Assembly: GCA_013265495.1 (NCBI GenBank)
Contig: MU058153.1
Span: 436,001-500,000 of the forward strand
Origin: Vicugna vicugna
Lineage: Eukaryota
Length of the DNA stretch: 64,000 bases
Direction: 5' to 3'
The notes beneath the pieces were generated by a model. The model worked only from the letters and a program-made list of their open reading frames with translations, did not search any database and was not told where the DNA came from. This document shows, piece after piece, positions 24,812 through 39,100 of the stretch. Every line of letters starts with the position of its first letter. The stretch's first letter is position 1. Position numbers and translations under genes: made by a program.

Positions 24812-25180
24812 ATTTTTATATATTCATTTCTTTTTTATACAATGTTTAAAGGCTACATTCCATTTACAGTTATTGCAAAACACTGGCTATATTCCCTGGG
24901 TTGTACAGTACATCCTTCTGGCCTGTCTTACACCAGTAGTTTGTACCTGCCACTCCTCCATCCTTGTACAGCGCCCCGACTCCACCCTGGTAACCACTAG
25001 TTTGTTCTCTGCATCTGTGAGTCTGCTTCTGTTTTGTTACATTCACTAGTTTGTTGTATTTTTTAGATTTCACATATAAGTGATATCATACATTATTTGT
25101 CTTTCTCCAGCATACGTTTCACTTAGCATATTGCCCTCCAAGTCCATCCATGTTGCAGCAAATGGCAAAATTTTCTTCTT
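24812..25180 (-). mobile_element. Cetartiodactyl-type LINE-1 3' end
   Basis: ggtaaccactagtttgttctctgcatctgtgagtctgcttctgttttg...ccaagtccatccatgttgcagcaaatggcaaaatt. Confidence 0.85.
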
Positions 25181-26817
25181 CAGTGGCCGCACATTGCATG
25201 TACAGTAGAGTCCCAGCACCTTTGGTATCTCAGAAGGCCCTTCATAGTTTGATCCCTGCCTATATGTCTAGCCTTAATTTCTTCACTTTCCCACTTATAT
25301 CCTTTATCCCATATGCAGCAAACTCTTTAGTATTCCTTAATCACACAATGGCTTTGCAAATCTAAGTATCCTTATAAATGTCATCCTGTTGGAATTTGGT
25401 GAGGAGTGAGGAGAGCAATACATACCGCTCCTTTTACCTGCTGGAGTTCAGATTCCACTTAGGGATAAACACAAAGTAAAATAGGTAGAGAGAAAATGTT
25501 ACCTTCATCCTGATGGTGTTCATATCAGCATATGCAATTTATTCTGTTAGGCAAGCAGGTCTTCCTAAATCCTAGAATAGACAGCGCTATGCTGTCTTCC
25601 TATCAAAGACAGCATGGGAAAACTGAAGCCTCGCCATGTGAGGAGAGCATTTTTTCTGCTTAGCTTACTGTGTGGCCCAGATAGAGAACACCAGCTCCCT
25701 GAGGGCGAGCGAGCTCCCCAGTGAAAGGAGAAAGTACACAGCCCTGTTCTCCTCCAAACCTGCCAACAGACTGAGCAGCTCTTCCCCTCCTGTACGGGAG
25801 TCAGAGGCACAGCAGACAGAGGACAGGAGTGGCCTGGAAGTGGAGCTTCTTCAAACTGGAAATATTTTTAAGCGAACAATGAAGATACATCAAATATAAG
25901 CTGAATTCATCAGGCGTTTTTCAATTTTGAGTGGAGAGGGGAAAAAAGGCACTTGACTTTGCCTTAAGCCAAAGAATGGAATTGATTAGCTCACACAAGT
26001 GAAAAACATGGCAATGGAATATTCTTTGACTGTGGTGGAGTCCAGGTACTCAGTGTCATAGAACTTGGTCTGTCTCCTCTGCTTTCCTCTCGACTCCAAC
26101 CTCAGGCAGGCTCTTTTTCCTTGCTGTGCTGTGATATTAAGATGGCAATTGGCATCTGGTGACTATCTTAACAAGCTCAGCTCTCCCAATGAAAAGAGAG
26201 CTTCACTTTCCCTCAAATTCTAGCAAAAGGCCTGGATTGAATGTCACTGGATAACTTAGCCTGGTGAAGTAAAATAATGTGTACTTTTTTTGTCTAAGGA
26301 TGATTGTATACCACCAGCTCCCTGAACCATGGTTAAAGTCAGGATTCTCTGAAGGACTGAGATGAGTGAGGGATGTTCCAGAAGGAAGAGCATCTATTTT
26401 GGGCAGACAGAAACAGAAGATATGTCCATAGGTGAAGGATTGTTCCGTAGATGAGTGGAGTGATGAACCAAGGTAGACAGGTTGTTCAGCAGCAGTGACA
26501 CTGAGTCTAGATAAAACAGGCTTTCTAGATCATTCTTATTGTTAAATTAGTCTCCTCCGCGATTCTGTTGAAGCCAGTTGGGAGACTGTACTCATTTTTT
26601 GTTAGCCTAGAAATCAGACTTTCTTGCAATAGGTGAATTGGGAAATCTCTTTGCGATACAGAAAATACTGTTGCTGTGACAATTGTTGCAATAGAGGCCT
26701 GTTGGAAATGAGTCAGGAAGTAGATGGAAGAAACAGTAGCCCCAGTCTCTGCTGCCAGATGAAAGGAGTGTGCATGCAGCCATGCATTTTTCTACTCCAG
26801 TCTCTCCTAGAATCGCA

Positions 26818-26868
26818 TCTCTCTCTCTCTTTCTGTCTGTCGCACACAGACATACACACACACACACT
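26818..26868. repeat. Compound (CT)n/(CA)n microsatellite
   Basis: Directly visible. Confidence 0.85.
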
Positions 26869-27944
26869 CAAATAGGCCATATCATTATTTCTCCCAAAAA
26901 TGATGAAACAAAAAATAAATATGCCAGCTTCCATCCAACAGAAATAAAAATACCTCCAAAATTTCAACTTAATGGTTTATGTCAGATTGTATTGACTCAC
27001 TTGTGAAAGAAAAACTGCAGTATTACTCATTCTGATTTAAAATCTCATATGTAGAGGTCTTGATGATACGGGATGATCAGCGAAGTTGGAGCCCTTGTGC
27101 TCAGCTGCACACTGGCAGGGCTGTCTGTGTCCCCCTTGCCAAGGGCCTGGTTGTGCTCATTCCAATATGGCCTAATTTTATTTTCCTCGCTGTCTCCCTC
27201 TCTCTCAGTCTCTCCCTCTCTCTTTTAATGTTTGAAAAATACAATAGAATTGTCTTCTCAGCATGGGGATATCTGCATGTGTTAAAATTACATTTTCTAT
27301 TTTAAACTCACTCTCTTTTTAATTTAAAAGGACTTGTCAGAACATGCAGTCTTTTCCCCCCTCTTCCTAGAGAAGGGGGAATGTAAAACCTTGAGATCTT
27401 GAAAGAGGCAAAAGCCAACTTGCAGGGGAAACAAACAAATAATTAAACAAACAAGCAAAAACCAAAAACACACACACACAAAAACAAAACATGCAGAAGT
27501 CTGGCTGATTTTGAGTGGGAATCTCCCTTGGAATTTGATAGGAAGAACTGTGGCACAAAGGAGTGATAGTAAGGGCAAGAAATAGAATCTTCTTATCTGG
27601 AAATTATTAGGCAAAGCATCAACTCCTATTTACCTCAGTTTCTTGGAAGATATTAAAATGAAGTTTCTCAATTACTAATACCTATATGTGGGTAGACTGC
27701 ATGAAAAGAAATGATAATAACATTTGCTGAGAACTTACTTCTGCATGAGACAGTATGCTGAGAATATGAATACACACACAGGCTCACACATCACACACAC
27801 ATCTCCCAACCCAGCCTCACAGTGCGATTTATTTAGTGGGTTCTCCCCCGTCAAAAACAATTACCCCCCTCTACCCACTATGAGGTTGGGTTGGGTTAAA
27901 AAAGCCCCGTTTTATAGATGAGAATTTGCTTTAAGGCACTGGGA

Positions 27945-28360
27945 CAGGTGCTGTGGTTGCATCGGTCAGAGCCTCCTTCAGGAAACGGGTGCTCATCTCC
28001 ATACTTGTCTGAAATGCTGGTGCCAAAGCTCACAGCTGAGTTCCACTTGAGGCATTTCCTCCACCAAGGAAAGCTTCCTTGCCACAGGTTACACTAAGTT
28101 CCCTCAGAGCAATCACCTGTCTCCTGAGGATTTACTCCTCACCTCAATTTGGGGCATCTCTGAAAGGCTGCCTTGGCTCTAAAATTCCCTGGGGGACTGG
28201 TGGGGCCTTTGGTGGGCTCACTCTACTGTTTAGCTTCTCCCTCTCCCCAGTCCTGTTTCCATCACCCGCAGTGGATGTTGATCAAGAATAAACCTCAGTA
28301 AACCTTCTTCATACAAAGCGGTGTCTCATGGTATGTTTCTGGAAACCCCAGCCTAAATCA
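27945..28360 (+). mobile_element. LTR16-like ERVL solo LTR
   Basis: cctcaatttggggcatctctgaaaggc...gcttctccctctccccagtcctgtttcc...cagtaaaccttcttcatacaaa...aaccccagcctaa. Confidence 0.7.
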
Positions 28361-29544
28361 GGCACCCAGAACAGGTGTCAGTTAAATGTCTGCTATTACA
28401 GTTACTTACCAGAGACACTTGTATGAACAACAGGGATGGTTCTACAGAGTCCGTCAAGCAAAATAGAACATGTAAAGGCTTTGCCTTTTTATGCCGATGC
28501 TTAATGCTTTGCTTGGTCTACGTAGCTAACTGTATCTAGTGCCTCACCAGTGAATCTATAGCCATCTTATCCATGATACCTCTGCATGGAGCAGAAAGCC
28601 AGTCCTGACCCAGATGCTGTTGGTTCACTCTAAGTAGGACCCATGATTTTATTGGTCTTTTTTCTTGTGTTATGCAATGTATAATAAGGGAATGTGTGGT
28701 CGTCAGTGCCTGAATGCCACTTTCAGTAATAGAAACGCCTTCTGGGGAAATAAGATTGGTGCCAGCACTAGAATATGGAAGCAAACTTGAAATTATTTCA
28801 CTTCTATTTCAGAATGGTTTAAAAAAAAAAAAAAGGAAAAGGCAGCGAGACCATTTTTGAGAGCTGCCAACCACATGGAGGCATTTGAATGAAAATTCCT
28901 CTGTAGCTTTCTATAAACTACTAAATAGAAATCCGGAGTTTTCAGGTTGGCGTGTCAGCCTCTGTAAAATCTACTGCTGAAATACCTTTGCACATTATCG
29001 CCCACAGGGCCCTTCACGAGCACTCCTTATTTTTACCAAAGTGGACTGAGCTCTTCCCTGAACATAAATAAAAGCAAATATGTAAAATAAAATAAAAAAA
29101 TAAAATGTTCTGACTAAGATCAAGTAAGCCCACGCTAGCCATTTTTTTCTTACTGACTATAACCCCAAATTCTGGACAAGACAAAAAAAAAAAACCTCAC
29201 TGCACACTCTGAAAAGTAAACAAATGCAAGCAGACTGAGGAAGGGAGTCAAAAATTGAAGAAACACCCTAAAAAGGGGTAAGCTTCTCCTACTTTTTTCC
29301 CTGTGTTTTTCTTCAATTGGAGCTGCAGTAGTAGTGGTGAAAGCAGTAAAACTTTGGAAAAATGCCTTATTTTTGGTCAGAGACACAAGGCAAGAAGCTC
29401 CTAGAGCCTGAAAAACGTGGGTGGATATCAGTGAGAAGGCATCTGGAGAATGGGAGATATCCCTGAAGGTGTGGTTGGACCTACACTAGTCCTGGGCTCC
29501 AGATGCAAATTACCAAGAGTTCTTAGGTAGCCAAACACTACCTA

Positions 29545-30715
29545 TTAGTGAAAAATTAAGACAATTCAACTGCTTAAAAATTTAAATTTATGCTCTGTGA
29601 AAGGTGCCATTAAGAGAGTGAAAAAACAAGCCACAGACTGGGAGAAAGTGTTTTTAAATTGCATATCTGAAAAAGAAATTGTGTCAAAACATACATGGAA
29701 ATCTCAAAATCCAATTTTAAGAAAACAACCAACCTAGTTTTGTTTTTTTTTTAAATACACAGAGAAACTATACAGGAACTTCATCAAGGATGATATTCTT
29801 TGATAAATGAGCACATTCAAAGGTGCAGCATCGTTAGTAGATGTTTTAGTTTCCTTGGGCTGCCATAGCTAATGGCTTAGAAACAGAAATGTATTATGTC
29901 ACAGTTCTAGGGGCTAGAAGTGCAAAATCAAGGTATCAGCAGGACCATGCTTCCATTGAAGGTGCTAGAAAGAACCTTCCCTTGATTCTCCCTCGCAAGA
30001 CCTCCTTGACAGTGAAAGCACCATCAGCATCGTCATAATCATCATCATCCTTTTAAGAGCTGATAGGACCACGTTTTGATGAGGTTCAAGAAACTCAGAC
30101 TCCTGTATCTTGGTGGACTGATGCTGATATCAATGATACAGCCATTTGGAAAACAATTTGACAGTATTTTATGTAGGTGAACATATACTTACCCATCTAC
30201 TCACTCCTACATATTTACCTAAGAAACATGAAAATTTATGTTCATACAAAAATCTCTACTCAAATGCTCAGAGTAAAAGTATTCATATTTGCCCCAAAGC
30301 AGAAACAACCCAAATGTCCTTCTAGCAGTTAGTGGATAAACAAACTATGATGTATCCATACAGTGGAATGTCATTCAGCAATAAAAAGGAATGAACTATT
30401 GATAGACACAATATGGATAAGACTCATAGGCATTATGCTAAGTGAAAGGTACCAGATTCACAAGACAGCATGCTGTGTAACTCCACTGTTGTGACATCCT
30501 AGAGAGACAAAATTATAAGAAACAGCAACAGAAATAAAATCAGTGGTTGCCAGGGGTGTGGGTGGGGAGAGGGGGTCGACTACACAGGGGCACAGAAGCA
30601 TATTGGTGTGATGGGACAGGTATATATCTTGATCGTGGTTACCCTATGCATTTGTCAAAATTTACAGAACTGTGCATCAAGAGTAGTGAATTTTACAGTA
30701 TATAAATAAACACAA
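29545..30715 (+). mobile_element. Old LINE-1 3' portion (L1MB/ME-type) with an inserted MLT1 fragment at ~29842-29990
   Basis: aaacaagccacagactgggagaaa...; aaacaacccaaatgtcct...ggataaacaaact...cagcaataaaaaggaatgaactattgata; MLT1 start tgttttagtttccttgggctgcc. Confidence 0.8.
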
Positions 30716-31851
30716 TTCAACAAATAAAGCTGGTGCCGCGTATGCTAGGCATGTGCTTGGGACATAATCTGTGTTAGTTCCTGTCTTCTTCCCTCATGCC
30801 TAAAGGACATCCAGTCTTATAGCTATTTTAATTATGTGCTGATTTTTAATATTTATAGTTCTTTCTTCTTTAGAATGCTTTCCCCTCTCCGCTGCCTCCA
30901 CTCCTGGCAACTCAGTAAACTCGTCTTAGTAGGACATCCCGCCAGGCCACAGTCACAGCCCTCTGCGCCGTGCTCCTGGCTGCTGTCCTAGGCCTAAATC
31001 TGGTCTTGTCTGGCCTTCCACACCTGCTGCCTTAATAACTGAACATCTCTTGTCACCTGGAAATCAATTGGTGACTTTCTATCCTTGGAATTGATTCAAG
31101 AGACTCTATCATCCCAATGCCAAGTCCCACGAAAGTCCAACACCCTGACATTTCCCAGGGGCTTACATCCTTGTGTTCACCAAGCTCCTGCTACCATGGG
31201 ACTGACTGTTCTGTCCTGAGATACAAAGTCGAGCCCTTTTCTCATTTGACCTTTTCTTTGTTTTCCAGCAAAATCCACCCAAGTGAAGCATCTCTAAGTC
31301 AAATACTTTGCTAAAGACTTGGGGGAAGGAAGAAACGCTCACATTTCAAACTGGGTGTCATTCATCCACACTGAGATGCTTCAGTGGCCCATGTCAGAGG
31401 TGAGCTGTAGCCATGCACCACTGCCTGGTTCCTGTCTCTTCTGCAATTTCAAAACCCGTCCTCTCTTCTCTCCTCCCACTCCTCTCTCAGGAGCGTAACC
31501 CATTCTTTTTCTGTTCTCTTAAAGAACAATTTCTCCATCACCTTTTGTTGTCTTGGTTCTTGTTGGTACCCAAGTCTTTGGCATCTTCCCTTCTACACTG
31601 AGCAGCTTCTCAAGACAACTTCCTGAAGTCAGGTTCTCCCCAGAAGGGAATTCTGCTTAAGTCGGTATGGTAGTAAAATGCACACTTTGTCATAATCTAT
31701 TACAGCACTTATCACTAAATCGCACACACTTATCTCCTGTTTCTCCCACTATTCCATGAAATCATCAAGGGTATTCAGCCTCTCTCCACCTGCCCCCCAA
31801 AGCTTAGCACAGTGGTGGGTATATACTAAATATTTAATAAACAGATGAAAG

Positions 31852-31927
31852 TGTCTTAGTCTATTTGGACTGCTATGAAAGTACCACAGACTGAGTAGCT
31901 TATTATGAAATAACAGAAATATGTGTA

Positions 31928-31962
<35 letters not shown>

Positions 31963-33195
31963 TATGTTTGCATATATATATAGTCTCTACCAGGCATTCC
32001 TGCCATAGAGCTCTTAAAGCTTTGTAATTTTTTAAGTGATGAGATCACCAGGAGCATCTGTTCTTTACTATTTTGTCTTTGACCCTGGTTTCTACACAGG
32101 GCTCCAAAAGCCTTTGGAATTTCCTGGGTGATAGGAATGTCTTTTGTTCTAATGAAGCAACTCTTAGTGGGCTCCTGGATGAGGTCACTAGAAAGTCAAA
32201 GCCAGGACTAGAAGCTTAGAACTTTCAGCCCTGCCCCTCCTGTCCTCCAGAGGGAGGAGAGGGACTGGAAATAGAGTAATAATCAATCATGCCTACATGG
32301 TGAAACCTTCGCAAAAGCCCAGTAATATGGGGTTTCGAGAGCTTCCAGGTTGGTGAACACATGGTGCTGGGAGAGTGGCATGCTCAAAAAGGGCACCAAG
32401 CTCCCCACCCTTCCCCACATACCTTGTCCCATGCATCTTTTCCATCTTGCTGTTTCTGAGTTATAACCTTTTACCATAAACCGATAATCTAGTAAGTAAG
32501 ATGTTTTCCTGAGTTCTGTGAGCCACTTGAGCAGATTAATCAAGCTCATGGAGAGGGACGTGGGACCTTCTGATTTGTAGTCAGTTGGTCAGAAGCCCAG
32601 ATGACAAGCGAGACTTAGGACTGATATGTGAGGTATTGGGGTGGGGGGAAGTCTTGTAGCACTGAACTCTTAATTTGTGGGATCTGCTGCTGTCTTCAGG
32701 TAGATGGTGTCAGAACTGAGTTAAATTGTTGGACCTCCAGCTGGTGTTGCGGACTGGCTTGATGTGTGGAAAATTCCCTTATGTGGATGACCAGAGTGTC
32801 AGAAGTGAGGTGTTCGGTGTGAGTGGTAAGGGGGAAACAGAGGAGTGCTTTTCCTTTTATACTTATAAACAGCAGGCATTTATTTGCCATGGTTCTATAG
32901 GCTGGGAAATCTAAGATCAAGACCCTGGCAGATTCAGTGGCTGGCGAGGGCTCACTTTTTGGTTCACAGACAGCTGCCTTCTGGCTGTGTCCTCATATGG
33001 TAGAAGGGGTCAGGGAGCTCCCTGAGGCCTCTTTTATCAGGGCACTAATTCTTTTCATGACACGTCCACCCTCACGACCTAATCACCTCCCAAAGGCCTC
33101 ACTTTCATATACTGTTACATCCAGGATTAGGATTTCAGCATACACATTTGGTGGGGGTGGAGGGAGGAGCTGGGTGCACAGACCTTTGGTCCATA
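31852..33195 (-). mobile_element. MLT1A-like LTR split by a nested LTR
   Basis: Left piece tgtcttagtctatttggactgct...gtagcttat resumes at 32862 as cttataaacagcaggcatttatttgccatggttctataggctgggaa. Confidence 0.8.
31904..32861. mobile_element. MER21-like solo LTR nested in MLT1A, with an internal (TG)n(TA)n microsatellite
   Basis: Duplicated ggaatttcctgggtgataggaatgtcttttgtt module; ttttcctgagttctgtgagcc; 5-bp TSD cttat at 31899-31903 and 32862-32866. Confidence 0.75.
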
Positions 33196-33489
33196 GCAGA
33201 AAGAATAGCCAGGCTTTCTTTTGCATTATGTTTGCACTATTCCCCAAGTCTGCACCATTACCCCCTACCATTTCTATCTCATTTCTTCACATCCTTGAAG
33301 CCCCTGTATCCACGCACTGGTACATCTATGAAAAATTTCCTTACATCTCCAGATTGTAGTTCTCTGAATTCTGAATTTAACTGTTTTTCTTCTTCACTGA
33401 AGGCAAGAGTTGTGTTTAGTAAACTTTCATAAAGTCCTCTAGTGTATTATCCTCTGATGGGCAGTCAGTAAATTTATTCTATAGTTAAA

Positions 33490-33860
33490 ACCAATGTGTA
33501 TTGAGTGATTAATTTTTTTCAGTCTCTGTTCTTGGAGCTGGGCATAATAGCAGGGACTCAGAGTAGAGTTTTCGCCTCCTCAAAGAGCTTACGTTCCAGT
33601 AGTGAGAGTCCTGGAATAAACATAAAACAAATACATATATAACATGTGATGTGGTAATAAGTACGATAAAGATACAGTAGAGTTGGGAGATAGAAAGTAC
33701 ATGCATATGTCGTGGGGGGTTATGTAGGAGAAAGAAAAGAATTGTCCTTTTATGCAGAGTCGTTGGGCAAGATCTAATAAAATGAAGGTTAGATAGACAC
33801 TGAGGGAAGATAGGGATTAAGCTGTGCAGATACATGTGGGGGAAAGCACTCTAGCATCCC
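33490..33860 (-). mobile_element. LINE-2 fragment
   Basis: gcctcctcaaagagcttacgttccagtag...gtggtaataagtacgataaag. Confidence 0.55.
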
Positions 33861-34089
33861 ACACACCTTGGGATGAGCACCACATAGTTCTAAAGGAAAA
33901 AAAAAGGGGGAACAGATTATGCAGATGAAGAGAAATATTTCAAATACAGCAGACATTTATTTTCCTAAGGAAACCTTATGGTTAATTTAGAAGGATCTGA
34001 TCATTTAGGCTGGGGAATAGACATTGCTTGGGAGCAGAAGGCAATGGTTTCTTTTACCTGTTGTTACAACCACGTAGGCTGACCTCTAT

Positions 34090-35830
34090 TAAAGTGTCTC
34101 TGGGCAAGTGGCAAGACAGAATGGCTCTCCTAAGCTCTCCATCTAAAGAAGTATCCTCCTCATGACTGTCACATCGCCTCTGTCTTCTTGGTCTCAAAGA
34201 TAGTTTTAAGCGCAAAAGGTATCATTTCTAAATCTGATACTTGGAAAGGGCAAACATCACAGGTGTCACAAGCTTTGATAAAGAATGGATCTTGGGTTCC
34301 TGAGAAACAACACTGGGCTTCCTATTTAATTAAAGTGACAGTGAAAGATTTTAAAATTAAACATAGGAGGTAACACAATGGTAAAGAATCTTAGTACTTT
34401 CAAAACTGAGAAGTCTTCAAGGAAATGATAATGTCAACTTAAAGCATGGGAATTTTTCTTGTAAGACACAAGAATTTTTGCCTCCAAGGGCAGATTACTC
34501 AGAAGGTAAGGTTTTTACCGCCTCTCAGAGAAACCAATACTTTAAGAAAAATGCAAACATTATCTTGTAAATAAACCCATCATATAAACATTAGCCAGAA
34601 CTGACCAATACAAAAAAAAAAAAATCCTTTTCATGAATCTTCTACAATTTCCTGTATCTATTCAGGTTCTTTTCCTTACACTTGCCTCCTCCTCATTTTG
34701 GAACAGTCATTTGACTCTAAGACAGATCTCCTCGCCTTTTTACCTTAACAGAATCACATCTCTCACAGTACAATTTCTCAAAATGGCAAAAATGAACACA
34801 GTCATTAACAAACAAAGATACATATGGGCCTCTCTGTACCATGTGAATATACTAGACAAAAAGTGTATAAACTTAAAATTATGCTCTGTAACTAACATTA
34901 CAGTATTCTATCTTATTTAAAAATTATCTAGTTATCTAATGAATATTCATTAAGTAGCTCAATTTAGTAGCAGTCCAAGATTTTAAATTACTTAAAGATC
35001 CTGGAAATTATCTTCAAAATTACATACTACAAAATATAATTACTGTTGAAATAAAGTTTGTCAGAATAATGATTCAATTTGGTTGAAACCAAATTTAAAT
35101 TTTTTATCATCTTAAGCTGTAAGTAGAAATAATGCTAGCTCATTTTATTAGAAAAACTTAGTTTAGAAAGAAAATATTCAAGTAGAATAAAAATGTGTAC
35201 TTGCATTATACTGATAACACTGATAACACAGATAAAACATAGTTCTTTGTATTAAACCAAAATTATTAAACTAATTTGGTTTGACAGAGTAGGTGAATGT
35301 AAATTCTTAAAATGTTTCTAAGTTACTTTCTATGAGAATACCTCTTTTTTCCACATTGAAGTTGAGATTCAATTTTTCTAATTTCTTAAATATTGAGAAT
35401 GACCAACTATATAAATACTTATCTCTAAGCCAATCACAGTAGACCTCCTTTAATGTAAGGGATTTAAAATCTAATTGATTAATATTATCCAGAGATAGGA
35501 AAATATTACATATTCACATAATTAGAGGAAAAGACTTCTGAATTACAGATGTATACAGTTGTAGACAGGCACAGAGAGCTTATAGTTTTAATTCTAAAAT
35601 TTCAGTCATAAGTCAGGCATACACAAACAACTACAAAGTTCACAGGTTCACTCCAAAGGCCTGGTCTCTTCTTAGTGGATGTAGTTTATTTGAGTTCAAA
35701 ATATACCAACTGAAAAGAACAGTAAAACCAGATTCTCTGTCTTCTTTCACCCAACAAAGACAAGATCTCTCTAAATCATCAATCTCTTTATAACAATCAA
35801 CAGATGGTCAAATCAGGTAGAAGGGAGAAT
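34090..35830 (-). mobile_element. Probable AT-rich internal region of an old non-autonomous ERV1 (MER4/MER34-group-like)
   Basis: A long AT-rich tract resembling recalled ERV1 internal sequence; no LTR or ORF seen. Confidence 0.35.
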
Positions 35831-36039
35831 CATCCAGGAGTCTTATGGGAGTCATGAGGAAAGATGAAGTTAAATCTTATCTCAGAATGTTGATGACAGA
35901 GTGGTCCTTTGAAATTAGCCAGTTTCCAAAACTTGAAAGATCAGGGGTAGGATTTCTTATTCATTGCTTTTCCAGAAGCAAAGCTGCTCAGGTGAGTTTC
36001 AACATTGTTAACAGCTCTTTTAAGTTGATTGTATGATAA

Positions 36040-36170
36040 CTGTCATATTCTCGATGAGGAAACTGAGGCATAAAGAGGTTAGGTAACTTGCCCAAATTCA
36101 CATAGTTGCTGAGTGCTAGAGGTGGGAATAAAACTCTGGAAATCTCACCCTAAAGTTCATGCTGTCAGCC
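36040..36170 (-). mobile_element. MIR SINE
   Basis: gatgaggaaactgaggcataaagaggttaggtaacttgcccaa. Confidence 0.8.
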
Positions 36171-39100
36171 AACATGCTCCTACACGAAGGCTCTAAGGGT
36201 TTACCACAAGATTGAAGACTTTTTCTACCCAGTCCATCACTATTTCCCCAAAGAATAGTCCTCAGTAAATATTTGGTGGATGGATAAGTGAAAGAAGAAT
36301 GATCCATAAACAGTGAAAGAAAGAATAAAGAGTGAGGCAGACAAATGAACACATAGAGAGAAATGGAGAGAAAAAAGTGACAAAGTAAATGTTTCCTTTT
36401 TCTACTCCTGGAGGTGTACATTGTTCCTGCCTCCCCTAGACACAAAGGGAAGAAGTCCTCACTTAGACTATTGTTTTCCAATTGTCCAATCACTCCCAGG
36501 AAAAATTTTAAATCATTTTAGAGGTATGCATTAATTACCTCCAAGGACAGAAAATGTAAATAATCTAACACTGTTGCTAATTAAAACTAGAAAGCATTGA
36601 CCAACTTGGAAGTTTAATCACCTATTTTCCTGTCAATAATTATTTGAGATAACTACTGTTTCCTTCTGCATTTGGATTCTGTTAAAGGCAGATGTTCTAT
36701 CATATTCTTCTTTGTATTTTCCACTTTACATAGCACCTGAGACATAGTAGGAATCCAATGAAATGTTTAATTGAATAAGAAAAATAAAACTTTGTGAAGC
36801 TTCCTCTCCCTTTGAAATAAGAGGACGTGAGAATTAATTCTAGTTAATGTGATCTAAGTACAACCAAAATAGACTGACAATATAATACGTTTATTATAAC
36901 TTCCCAGGAAAGTTTGCAATGACTTGCAGTTTGGGATCAAGATTTATACTTGAAACTGTATTATAAACCACAAAACATGCAAACACACATGTAGAAATAC
37001 AACTGAATTGAGCTGGTGAAATATTTTAGTACCACTGATCTCAGCTATTCCCACTTAGACAGATTTTTGTACACTGAGCTGGAACAGAATCCAGAGAAAG
37101 GATTCATCTAAGTTAAAAAAAATAGAACTATTAAAATATTGGATTTATTTTTATGATAACCACATGTTCTACTAACTTCAAGTTACTACTCTTAATATTC
37201 TTGATACAGTGGGATGGTCTAGTTCTAGCTAACTCTGGTCCTTGCCCTGGTTATCCACTATGGTACTTGTTGAATATTTCTTTCAGAGTCCTAATTGAGT
37301 TGGACCTACTTCGGCTTTATTCTTACATATTCCTTCAATTTGAAAATGACTCTTTTAATAAAATAATTTGCATCTTATTCCTTGTCAGAATATCCTTAGT
37401 GATATTTATAATGGTATTAGGTAGTGTTTATAGTGGTACTTATAAAGCTTTTATATGCATCATCATATTTGATGCCTATCATAAGTCTGTGATACAAGTA
37501 ATTCATTACAACCATTTGGCTTTTGATAAGAAAATGAAAGAAAGAGAGAGAGAGAATCTAATGTCTCAGAGTTACTATGCCTTGGAGATTTGACTCCTGG
37601 TTCAGTGATCATATTAATATAATGACCCAGTTGGCTTGTACTCATACTTTTAAAAAGCTACACAATTAACAAACCAGCCAGGGATTGTTCTCCATAAAAA
37701 TGTACCATGATTTAGAAGATGCTATTTGGAACGAATGGAAGCTCAGCTGTCTCTACCTGTTAGGGATGGGAGGTGAAGCGGGTTCTCCCTCATGTTTTCT
37801 AAAAATTAAAGTCCCAACCTATGTGAAAATCACATATTCTAACCTGTGACACTTTTCACTATTCCTCTTCAGTCTGAAATGTTCCCCAGAAACAATAATG
37901 TCCTTAGAATTTCTTGGTCTACTGTATCACTGACAATTTGAAATGCCTTATACTCTTCTAGTAGGAGATATGAAATGAAATTTTGATAGCAAAATCTACC
38001 CTCTGGCTCTTAAGAATAATGGGGAAGTGGCAACCATAGACCAAAGATAGACATTGGAAGAAAATATTTTGGCAATAATCAGCTTTGGGGATTTAATATA
38101 TAGATGGACCTTTCAGAATAAGCTGAGGACGAACAGTTGACTAATTCATTGTAAGGACAAAAGAAAGGCAGATAAATGGTTTCCAAATTTTTTTTTCCAC
38201 AGCCACACCACAGGTTGAACAAGGAAGCTGTATAGGGGAGGCTTTTTCTCCCTCTCATGACCAAAATTCACTTCTTTTTTGGTAACTAAGTATAGACCTG
38301 TAGCCATTCAAGCTATCGTGTCTTTTCCACAAGCACCAGTTTTAAAGCTGAAAAGAATGGACAAAATAATATCATACACCTGTTCTTCTGGAAACTGCTT
38401 CTGAAGGAGGGTGAGCAAATAAGAATGACCAAAATAATGGAGATCCCGGGTGAGCACCCACAGTGAGTGGATGGTTTCACACAAGGAGAAAGAGTCTGTA
38501 TCCACACAGATGGGTGCAAGAGTTTGTGTACGTGCAGGCACAAACATCATTCAACGTTCTTAAGTTAGAGGAAAATATTTACTTTCTGTTTTTCCTAAAT
38601 CCTAAAGCTAAGAATTAGCATCTCTATTTTTATTGGCCAACATGACAGGGCTATTTGGACTATTAAAGAGCCAGAAGCATAATTAAATTGTAAGCACCAT
38701 CTTTTATGGAAGTATGTTGAAACAGTTATAATACTAAAGACCAAAAAACTTGCCACCCACCTCAGCTGCCACAGTGTCAACCTAGTCTGAGTCAGAAGTA
38801 AGTTCAGGAGAATCTCCAAAAATGTGCCTATAATTATTAGCCTTTGATGCCAAAACCCCATGGGAAAAACCTCCCAAGCCTTGGTGAGTGTGGCTGGAAG
38901 GGTTCGACCATGCATAAGGCCCATTATCTACTTCTATTCCTTTGGCCAGATGTTTACATTAAATAAATGTAAGTGGTTTACTTTTCCCCTTCCTTATGGC
39001 GAGGAGAAGCTACAAAAAGAAATCCATGGAAGCAAGTGCCCCCTTCTCCCTCCCCAGCACACATAACTTCCTAAGGCCTTCAAAGGGCTGACTTAAGACA

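Noticed and set aside
37153..37593. 146-aa hydrophobic ORF
   Set aside because: T-rich sequence overlapping a decayed MIR; no domain or splice support.
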